Below are positions 55,216-64,000 of a stretch of DNA of 64,000 nucleotides, in pieces; the stretch's first letter is position 1; every line of letters starts with the position of its first letter. The notes below the pieces were generated by a model. The model saw only the letters and a list, made by a program, of their open reading frames with translations. It was not told the DNA's origin and did no database searches. The translations under genes were made by a program, and so were the position numbers. Source of the stretch: Podarcis cretensis (taxonomy: Eukaryota); assembly GCA_951804945.1 (NCBI GenBank), contig OX638154.1, positions 56,854,001-56,918,000 on the forward strand, read 5' to 3'.

Positions 55216-55340
55216 CTGAGATTCTTTCACATTTTCAACTGTGAAATTGAACCAGACTCGAAAACGGGGATTACATGTATCTGGTCTGATAAACAGGTCA
55301 TACTCAAATTCAGTAATATAGTCCACACGTCCAAGGTTAC
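55216..55340 (-). CDS. AGBL4: Internal coding exon (125 bp; equivalent to human exon 3) of cytosolic carboxypeptidase 6 / ATP-GTP binding protein-like 4
   Basis: Minus-strand translation (G)NLGRVDYITEFEYDLFIRPDTCNPRFRVWFNFTVENVKESQ matches the recalled human AGBL4 peptide GNLGRVDQVSEFEYDLFIRPDTCNPRFRVWFNFTVENVKESQ. Acceptor is TTTTTTAG (55341-55348) and donor CAG|GTAAGT (55210-55218). Phase 1 in, phase 0 out. Neighbouring exons were not found in the window. Confidence 0.95.
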
Positions 55341-56922
55341 CTAAAAAAATATTAGAAACAGAATGCTATGTTAACACATTCCAGAAAAGCCCCTTTCTCT
55401 CTTAGAGAAATATTCTACCAAAAGACTCAATAAAGTTGTATGGAAAATTCTAATCCACAACTGTTGGCTGTGAGCACATTTCATTTCTAAAAAATAAAAT
55501 AAAGTGTATTTGTCTTTCCAGATGAGCTGTCTATGATATAAGAATGTTCACAATGCCTTACTCAGGGCAGCCCACACATTCCTGAAGAAGCCTCTAGAGC
55601 CAAGATATTGGAAGAATGGTAATATTTATTGAAATATAAGATCAGCAAATCAAGAGCCAATTAATAAGTGAGGGCAGATGAGGGGAGCACCTCCTGGCCA
55701 TGTCAGCTGCTTCACATAGTAGTTTCCTAGCCAAGGATTGAGTGTACTTCTCCCCCATCCTTTGGGGTATTGGGGGGTGGGGCTGAACATGTAGACCATG
55801 ACCCTGCAGCAAAGCGTTCACCCAGGGCCACTCCCTGTGATTGGTCACTTATACCCTGGTAACCTCCTTGTCCCCTCCTCTTTGGGAATTCCTGCTGAGT
55901 CTCCTTCAAGTAATGAATAGGTAAAGTAAATTCACTCTTGATAATGGCAGGAGTGCCACTGTTTGGATTTGAATATGAAAGAAAGTCAGAGCATAGGTGT
56001 GAACAAAAGTTGGGGCTATCTCTGGTCTACTCTCTTGAGCAAAGGATATCCACCTCCCTTGGCTGGACATGCCACTAACAGAACAAAATGTGAAGGCTTG
56101 GATCCTTGGGGCACCATCTCTTTCTGACATATGGTAAAAAAATTAAGTAGAAATAAAAATAATAAGCTACCATTTGTGCCTCATGTTTCCAGAATGCCCA
56201 ATAATAAATTGTAATGATAATTCCCCATAGTCTGATTTAGAATTGGGTCGGCAGTTCCAATTCCAATATCACTTGAAATAGTTAGCTACTTGGCATTTAA
56301 CATGGTGGCTTGTGGGAGGAAAGCTTTAGAAGTCATGTCAGCTACAAGGTTTAAAAAATTATTCCATCTTCACATAAGCTAAGGCGTACTTGGATTGTAA
56401 AACTTCCCAATGATTGGCAAGACAAGGTCAAGGATTGCACAGATCCTTCTTCCTTATTCTCTGGATTTGACTCACATTTTCGCAGTCATAAAAGTATCAT
56501 TTGGTGCTTAGTTTTGCTTAGACTATTATTACTGTCCAAGAGTTGGACAAGATAGATGAACTAAAAGCACATTCTGTATACATGCTGAACCTTGTCTTAC
56601 ATTCTGGGCAGCAGATCTACTTTTGCAGGAAATGACATTTAATTTGTAGTACATCTGAGCATTATGTTAGGTAAATTCATATTCAAAAAAAAAGTAATGA
56701 CAAACCACATTGCCATGGGCATAGCCAGGATTTAATTTGGGGGGGAGGCAGGCTTTATGTTGGGGGGGCAGAGCCTCAGTAAAGTTTGTTTGTTGTTTTA
56801 CTTGATTGCCCTCTGTCCCGCCTTGGTTGCGCCCATAAACATCACCCATAATAAAGAATCACTCTGCTGGTGGCAGAAATAGAGTGGCCAATAACTTTAG
56901 ATTAATTAACTGAAAGGATCAC

Positions 56923-57748
56923 TGTCAGGGGTTCAGGAGCAGAGGCACAGGGAAGAGAGGAGATGGAGAGCGAAGGGGAAGAATCCGAGGGCAGCGTAGG
57001 AGAAGAGGACAGTGGACTGAGGGATTCCATGAGCCTCTCCAGCGAATCGGAAGATTCACAGAAGGGGGCGCCAGTGGCCAGGGGTAGGGGGTTCCCAAGG
57101 GGAATGCCCCAGGAGCAAGGGGGCAGCAGGGACTCCCAGAGCACTAGTTGGAAATCAGGACCAGCTTCCCCACCAGAGCAGAGTGGGGGGGAAGAGTCCC
57201 AAGGATCGGGGCCAGTGCATTCCCCACCAGGGAGAGAAGATAAGGCAGGGCTGACCACACCTCCATCGGAGAGTCAGACAATGGAGGGGAGGTCAGATCC
57301 GGCCAGTATCCCGGAAGAGGGAAGCAGTGACAGAAGTAGTATAACGGTCAGGAGGAAGGTCACTGGGTTGGCGCGAGAGGCAAGTTCAAATGTACAGGAG
57401 CGCGGGACAGCAGAGAATGAGGATTGGGAACCGGGTCCTAAAGCCCGCCGGAGGGAGGGGGAGGAGCTAAGCGACTCAGCGTCGGAAGAGTCCAGAAAGG
57501 GCAATGCCCCAGCAGGCAGGAGGACCCAGAGGAGGAGAGAGCAGCGTAAAAGGTGGAGCAGGGCTAGGATCTTAAACTGGTGTCATAGGGGAGGAGACTC
57601 AGACGGTACTTCGCCGGTCTAGGCTTTAAGACGTAGAGCTGCGCGCTGCGGCTTTGAAATGGAAACTGAACCTCAATAAAGACTTTTGTACATAACGACA
57701 GCCTCGCGTTGGTCCTCTGTGAGCTGGGACCTAGGGGCAGCTCTGACA
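56923..57748 (+). repeat. 5' LTR (826 bp)
   Basis: Direct repeat of 60873-61698 with 10 substitutions by manual count and no indels; AATAAA at 57675-57680. Confidence 0.97.
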
Positions 57749-57750
57749 GT

Positions 57751-57761
57751 AAGTACCGTCT
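57751..57761 (+). promoter_or_regulatory. Self-priming primer-binding site (non-tRNA)
   Basis: AAGTACCGTCT is the exact 11-nt reverse complement of AGACGGTACTT at 57601-57611 in the LTR; no TGG tRNA-type PBS is present. Confidence 0.85.
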
Positions 57762-57840
57762 CCTTAAAAACCTCGCAACGTGAGTGGACGCAGCGAGGGG
57801 CGAAAATTGGTACTTCGCGAGCTCACGAAAGCAGCACAAG

Positions 57841-58917
57841 ATGACTACCGAAGAACAAATGGCAGCCCTGCAAAACGCAGTGACACAACTTAACGCAGAA
57901 ATACTAGCGTCCAGGAGGAGAGAAGAGGAAGCAGAGGCTGTCTGCAAGGATCTGCAAGCCAGGTTGGAAATGTTGACTAAACAGGGGCTACCGGGAGCCA
58001 GACCAGAGGGGATTGGGCTGGGAAAGAGAGGAGGCAGCCTTGTGTCTCATTTCGATGGGAGTCTGCAGCACTATCCTAACTTCAGAGCAGACGTGGTTTT
58101 TGCGCTAAAGTTACTGGAGAAGGACTTTAGAGATGAGCAGGAGAAAGTAGGCTTCATACTAACGCATCTCCATGGAGAAGCTAAAGCGTGGTTGCGCAAT
58201 CTGTGGAGAGATAATGATCCAGCCCTCCAAAACGCGAATGCCTTCATTAAGGCAATGGATGCTTGTTTTTTATCAGCGATAGATGTAGATGTCGCCAGAA
58301 AAGAGATACATGGATTGAAACAAGGCAGAGCCACTGTGAGGCAATATCACTCCCGCTTTTTTGCATTGGTCAACGCACTGGGATGGGAAAAAGATTCAGC
58401 GGCCGTTAGGGACCTGTTCTGGGAGGGGCTGAACGGGGCTGTGAAAGACGAAATCGCAAGGGGGGAGAGACCCCAGAGCACTCAAGAAGTTGTCCAGAGA
58501 GCGCTGACGATTGGGGTGCGTCTGGAAGAACATCCCTGGAGCAAAGACGAAGGGCGTTGGGGACGCACACCAGCGAGAGCACCTTCCTTCTTTCCCAGGG
58601 ACTCAGCGCGCGCTCAATCCACGCCTCCACTGGGTGGGGGAGAGGAGCCGATGGAGATAGGTGATGCCAAGGCTCAGTCAGCAACCAGAGCCCTAACACG
58701 GGGAGCAGCCAAAGTGAAGCCTCCTAGAGGGAACAGGAAGTGTTACATCTGCGACAGTGCTCAGCACATGGCAAAAGAGTGCCCCCAGAGGCTCCACAAG
58801 CACATTGCAGCCTCAGCAACAGTAACAGAAGCAGTTCAGCAGAGAGAACCACAGCAGGGAAACGACAAAGTCTGGCTGGAAGCAGAGCCACTGGGGCCCA
58901 GCCAGACGAGTCAGTGA
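57841..58917 (+). CDS. gag: Retrotransposon Gag, intact, 358 aa from first ATG
   Basis: N-terminal coiled-coil-like segment; capsid-like region (FDG...KVGFILTHLHGEAKAW...LKQG..TVRQYHSRF...FWEGLN); EPMEIG motif; CCHC knuckle CYICDSAQHMAKEC. Confidence 0.93.
   Translation: MTTEEQMAALQNAVTQLNAEILASRRREEEAEAVCKDLQARLEMLTKQGLPGARPEGIGLGKRGGSLVSHFDGSLQHYPNFRADVVFALKLLEKDFRDEQEKVGFILTHLHGEAKAWLRNLWRDNDPALQNANAFIKAMDACFLSAIDVDVARKEIHGLKQGRATVRQYHSRFFALVNALGWEKDSAAVRDLFWEGLNGAVKDEIARGERPQSTQEVVQRALTIGVRLEEHPWSKDEGRWGRTPARAPSFFPRDSARAQSTPPLGGGEEPMEIGDAKAQSATRALTRGAAKVKPPRGNRKCYICDSAQHMAKECPQRLHKHIAASATVTEAVQQREPQQGNDKVWLEAEPLGPSQTSQ
58857..58916 (+). promoter_or_regulatory. -1 ribosomal frameshift signal: slippery G GGA AAC plus predicted H-type pseudoknot
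   Basis: GGGAAAC at 58857-58863 in gag phase; 6-nt spacer; 10-bp stem GTCTGGCTGG (58870-58879)/CCAGCCAGAC (58898-58907); loop CACTG (58889-58893) pairs with CAGTG (58912-58916). The protease ORF is in the -1 frame. Confidence 0.88.
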
Positions 58918-59525
58918 AGCAGTCCCCAGGAATCTTGCAGCCCACAGACCCCCTCCCGCCCAAACCAGTGGTGCAGCTCACCGCAGCACTCCAGCTTCCC
59001 AATGGGCTCACCATGGAAGTCCCTTTTACCATTGACTCTGGTAGCAATGCAGACTTTATAGGAGTGGATTTCATAAAGCAACATAGCATAGCGCTCCTGC
59101 CTGCCACGATGCCCCTAAAAGTAGTGACAGTTGATGGAAGAGAATTGCTGGGGGGACAGGTGGTACAGCAAACGCCGCCAATGGTGATGCGAATTGGAAA
59201 TCACCGCGAAGTCATCAGCTTCAATGTCACCCACCTGTCAGACACGCCCATAGTATTGGGCATGAGCTGGTTGGACAGGCACAGCCCGGCATTGGCATGG
59301 TAGCAGCGTAAATTGACCTTCTGCTCCTCCTACTGCGCAGAACATTGCATCATGACTAACCAGGAAGACGAGGGGCAAGAGGATGACCCACAGCTACAAC
59401 TGGGCATGCTGCAAGCGGTACCCGACAAGTACAAGGCGTTTTTGGAGGTCTTCTGCGAGAAGGAAGCGGACAAGCTGCCTCCCCACAGACCCTACGACTG
59501 CAAGATTGACCTCCTGCCGGGGGCG
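58860..59525 (+). pseudogene. pol: pol 5' part: aspartic protease and start of RT, with in-frame TAG at 59301-59303
   Basis: FTIDSGSNADFIG active site; IVLGMSWLDRHSP protease C-terminus; same frame continues VPDKY..F.EVF...EADKLPPHRPYDCKIDLLPGA, the typical lead-in to sushi-type RT, then breaks off. Confidence 0.9.
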
Positions 59526-61572
59526 CCAGTTCATCTCGAGTTTCTGGCAGAAGCTGATGGGGATCCTGAACGTCAAGGTCAACCTAGCGTCAGCAAGACA
59601 CCCGCAGACCAACGGACAAGCGGAGAGGGTCAACGCCATCATGCAGCAGTACCTGAGATGCTACGCGAACCAGCAGCCCTCGACCTGGGTGGACTACCTA
59701 CCGCTGGCCGAGTTTGCCTACAACAACATGAAACACGTGTCCACGGGGGTGACACCGTTTTTCGCCAACAATGGGCGACATCCCAGGACCTTCCCGGGCT
59801 TAGAGAAAGAGGGGGAAGGGGAGCCGCAGGGAGCAGAGGCATTGGCAGAGGAGTTACAGGAGGTCCATGAACAGCTCCGAAGGCAGTTGGAGCTAGCTAA
59901 ACACGTGTACAAGATGCAGGCAGACAGACACAGGAGAGTTGGGGAGGACATACGGGTAGGGGACTGGGTCTGGTTAGCAGCCCAGGCAGTGCCGGCCAGA
60001 TCCTTAGCTAAGAAGAAGCTCGGACACAAGCAGCTAGGCCCTTACCAAGTCGAGGCACAGATCAACCCAGTGGCCTTCCGGTTGACACTACCGGAGGGAT
60101 CCAGAATGCACCCGGTCTTTCATAGATCGGTACTCACGCCCTACAAGGCACCTCACAGGTTTCAGGCGCCAGGGACAGCTCCTGGCCCGCTTAGAGACGC
60201 ACCCACGACAGGGGGGTCACCGAGGGCGGGGCCGCTCAACGAGGTCACGGAGATTTTGGACTCAAGATGGGGGGAAGAGGGGGTTAAATATCTCCTCGCC
60301 AGGGAAGGTACCCCGGCCAGCGCCAACAGCTGGGTACCGTATTATGCGGTGGAGGAGCACTACCTCAAAGACGAGTTCCACGCACTCTTCCCACACAGGG
60401 CCATGCCGGAGGATTATTTTGACGAATATCTTTTCACACCCACACTTTCAGCCAGCACGTTCCGGGGTTTCTCTTCAGAGGAGGACACGGCGCCGGAGAC
60501 TAGCTCCCCAGAGGGGTCCCTCTCAGGGTTTGGCACAGGCGGCTCTTATTGGTGGGAAGATCAACCTGTGGTGGGGTGGAGCAGAGATCTGCCGAGCGGG
60601 CCCGCGCACGCAGCGTCACCCCAGGCGACAGGGGGAGAGGGGGTCATGGACGTGTTGGGGGAGGATCCGGGGTTCGAACACATCGGCAGAGAGATGGAAG
60701 CTGAGGAGATCGACATCGACGAGCCCGTTGAGGACTGGCCGGATCTACCCGGCTGGAGGCACACCACGGGGGAAGAACTGTATCCTGCACTCACCCCCAC
60801 AACACTGGAGCACCCAGAACCCACGCCAGAAGAGGGGGAGGGGGGAAGGGGGGGCTTTGAGGGGGGGATGGATGTCAGGGGTTCAGGAGCAGAGGCACAG
60901 GGAAGAGAGGAGATGGAGAGCGAAGGGGAAGAATCCGAGGAGAGCGTAGGAGAAGAGGACAGTGGACTGAGGGATTCCATGAGCCTCTCCAGTGAATCGG
61001 AAGATTCACAGAAGGGGGCGCCAGTGGCCAGGGGTAGGGGGTTCCCAAGGGGAACGCCCCAGGAGCAAGGGGGCAGCAGGGACTCCCAGAGCAGTAGTTG
61101 GAAATCAGGACCAGCTTCCCCACCAGAGCAGAGTGGGGGGGAAGAGTCCCAAGGATCGGGGCCAGTGCATTCCCCACCAGGGAGAGAAGATAAGGCAGGG
61201 CTGACCACACCTCCATCGGAGAGTCAGACAACGGAGGGGAGGTCAGATCTGGCCAGTATCCCGGAAGAGGGAAGCAGTGACAGAAGTAGTATAACGGTCA
61301 GGAGGAAGGTCACTGGGTTGGCGCGAGAGGCAAGTTCAAATGTACAGGAGCGCGGGACAGCAGAGAATGAGGATTGGGAACCGGGTCCTAAAGCCCGCCG
61401 GAGGGTGGGGGAGGAGCTAAGCGACTCAGCGTCGGAAGAGTCCAGAAAGGGCAATGCCCCAGCAGGCAGGAGGACCCAGAGGAGGAGAGAGCAGCGTAAA
61501 AGGTGGAGCAGGGCTAGGATCTTAAACTGGTGTCATAGGGGAGGAGACTCAGACGGTACTTCGCCGGTCTAG
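59518..61572 (+). pseudogene. pol: pol 3' part: integrase C-terminal half, GPY/F motif, chromodomain-like segment and long acidic/basic tail running into the 3' LTR
   Basis: RGRQFISSFW...HPQTNGQAERVN...YLR...AEFAYNN (integrase core end); GPYQV; HPVFHRSVL; EVTEILDSR...YLL...NSWVP; frame open to TAG at 61570-61572. Confidence 0.88.
60829..60872 (+). promoter_or_regulatory. Polypurine tract
   Basis: G/A-rich run immediately 5' of the 3' LTR TG. Confidence 0.85.
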
Positions 61573-61698
61573 GCTTTAAGACGTAGAGCTGCGCGCTGCG
61601 GCTTTGAAATGGAAACTGAACCTCAATAAAGACTTTTGTACATAACGACAGCCTCATGTTGGTCCTCTGTGAGCTGGGACCTAGGGGCAGCTCTGACA
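60873..61698 (+). repeat. 3' LTR (826 bp)
   Basis: Copy of the 5' LTR; preceded by the PPT and followed by TSD ATCAC; AATAAA at 61625-61630. Confidence 0.97.
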
Positions 61699-64000
61699 AT
61701 CACGAATACCTATACTAAGCTTATGATAGAAACTTAGAAAGTAGTTTTTAAATAAAATCTTGTTTAGCATATAGTGGGATTTTTAAAGCTATGTTTTAAT
61801 TTTTATCTTTTAATTTTAAAAGAATTGTAAAAAAAAAAAAATGGTACCCAGAACAGAATAAAATACAGTTATTTTACTGAAATGCATTAAAAACTATTAA
61901 ACAGAAACTATATATGTATTAAAAGATCAATATTTTATTCCATATGTCTATTGTATTGAGGAGAATTTTTTTGTAAAAAAACCCCCAATCTGTTCTGCAA
62001 TAAGAGATTAATAATTTATAGTACTATTTTAGGCATGTTTACTTAGGACTAAGTTCAACTTTACTCCTTTACTGCATACAAGTCTGTGTCTAAATAAATA
62101 TTTATGAACATTTCTTACATTTCTAGATGTATTTTATCATATGATATGCATTTCATATGCATTTTGGTGCTTTTTGTGTCAATAACTGCACTACAAAATT
62201 CAGGAAAATGTGAAATATGAGGGATAACTGCACTCTGATTTGCACATTAGTCTCTGAGGTGTGGATCAGGTCAATTCATATTGGAATTCACAAAATAATG
62301 TCCTCAAAATAATGTCCTGTAACATATTTAAAATACAAAAACTGTAAACTAATTCTAAAGATGAATGTCACTAGGAATACACACACACATGATTACTACC
62401 ACTTTATTTAACCTACAATATGAACTTAACTCTTCATCAAATACTAAAACATGGTGCATCCTAGATCAATAAGAAAGGCTGCATTTCAGGACAAAAGAAA
62501 TCCTGTTCCAGTAAATGCTAGCTGGAGTTTTTAAGTATGCCAACAATTATTATAAAAATGCAAGAAAACAGAGATATGTTAAGCAATCCTAAAATCTTCT
62601 TAAACCACACATTGTGCTTTTCTACAGAGAATTTTAAGATGAAAAATAGACCTTGAGGGTCTTTGACAAGCCTCAGGCAATATAAAGGAAAAAGGTCAAA
62701 CACACTGCTAAAAAGGACTGTTATCTTCAGAACAACAACTTATCAGCCAGCTTGCAGCCCTGCTTATTTACAGTTATTGGTCCCAGAGGAAGTGCACTTC
62801 AACACAGGTCACGATTACTTTGTAATGAGTTTGCCAGAAATGGTAAAGGAAACTAATTTGTAACAATGTGCTATTCCTTGCACATGAACTTTTGCAGACA
62901 CCTTTTTTTTTGTCCAGCAATGAATAACTAACTTCAGCTTCCCTAACAAGCAATGAAAACAGGAGTGTACTCAAAAACCCAACTTGCAGGCATGAATGTG
63001 TTGAAATATCAGTAATTATCTCTCTCAGCTGTCCATTACACTATTCATGATTATGATCAATTCCCCTGTGGTTGCTATACAGAATACAGATTTCAGGGGA
63101 TGAATTTGCACACGCAAATTAACACCATTTGGACGAAAATAGGTTGCACCTGTCAAAGCTTAGTAACAAAAGGTCAGATGCCCTCTTTTGCACCTAGAAC
63201 ATTTGGCTATTGTGTGCCTTGCTTGCAGGAATATAATTCTGGTTTGACTAAATAGAGAAAAGTGAGCACCATGGTGAACAGAAGAAAAAAGAATTAAACC
63301 TTAACTGAAAGCTCACAGTTAGCCCATTCTTTAAAATACACGTGAATAGAAGTAGCCAAGGCAATTTTGAGTAGTTTTTCAAAAGAAATATATCAAGTAC
63401 TCCTCTGTTTTTGTCGATACATTGCCAGGCCTCAAAATACTATTTTTCATCTGAACAATAAAAATCTGGACAAGATGGCAATAGAAAATCATTAATACAC
63501 TTGCAGCTGCATTTCAATCTATACAAAACCCTTAAATAAAAACAACCTGGGAACAAATGTGCAGAATTGCATAATACATACATCATTTACAGAGCTCGGA
63601 GTCTGAAATTGTGCTCAAGATAGCCAAGCAGAATTAATCTATGTTTTCAAATAAACTTTTTAAAAAAGCATTGAACTTTAATATTCATTCTAGAATGGGC
63701 CATCAGCTGAATGCTACTGAAAAGATAACAAAACTGAGGTGATAAAATGAAGCAATTATATAGATTATATTCTAAGTGAAAGCGGAAACTTCTCAAAAAA
63801 AGTCTTTAAAAATATTTTCCCAGAGAACCATGTGACACATTTCATTTTTTTACTCATGAAAAAAATGAAATACAGTAATGGGAAGCAGTCAAATCCATTT
63901 TTTCAGACAACAAAATCACAAAAAGGAATAAATATTTTTTAAAAAATCATATTCACCATATACACCACTATTCAGAAAGCACCTGTAAAAAAAAAAAAGC

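Larger units (their letters stand above)
56923..61698 (+). mobile_element. Ty3/Gypsy chromovirus (Tf1/sushi-like) LTR retrotransposon, internally deleted and non-autonomous, antisense to AGBL4
   Basis: Two 826-bp LTRs with TGTCAG...CTGACA ends; 5-bp TSD ATCAC (56918-56922 and 61699-61703); gag with CCHC, DSG protease, integrase C-terminal part, GPY motif and chromodomain-like segment; G-rich PPT before the 3' LTR. Confidence 0.97.

Noticed and set aside
56963-57622. 5' LTR ORF as an independent host gene
   Set aside because: Lies in U3, upstream of the inferred TSS (57601); it is the duplicated copy of the 3' LTR frame.
60561-61208. 215-aa antisense ORF (118-aa copy at 56902-57258)
   Set aside because: Ser/Pro/Leu-rich shadow of a purine-rich sense strand; no motif or expression signal seen.
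63900-64000. Strong minus-strand acceptor-like poly(T)-ACAG|G at the window edge
   Set aside because: Downstream sequence does not encode AGBL4 exon 2 peptide; probably just a poly(A) tract.

Overview
Vertebrate genomic DNA, most likely a squamate and probably a lacertid lizard (Sauria SINEs, BovB LINE and a Squam3-like CORE-SINE). The window appears to lie inside the very large introns of AGBL4 (cytosolic carboxypeptidase 6, minus strand). Only one host exon is present (55216-55340, GNLGRVD...VENVKESQ). The rest is AT-rich intron with LINE fragments (L1, L2, CR1, RTE/BovB), SINEs, hAT and Tc1/mariner MITEs, solo LTRs, two triple-nested hAT>LTR>MITE structures, a 929-bp tandem duplication and an assembly gap. 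The most striking object is a young Ty3/Gypsy chromovirus of the Tf1/sushi type (56923-61698). It has an intact gag, a PEG10-type -1 frameshift with a predicted pseudoknot, a self-priming PBS and an RT/RNaseH deletion. Its integrase-chromodomain frame runs on for about 400 more codons through the PPT and the whole U3 of the 3' LTR. Splice-like signals could express that acidic/basic tail as a separate 308-aa protein, and an unrelated older solo LTR in the window shows remnants of a similar ORF. All assignments were made by eye from recalled family features; no database searches were run.
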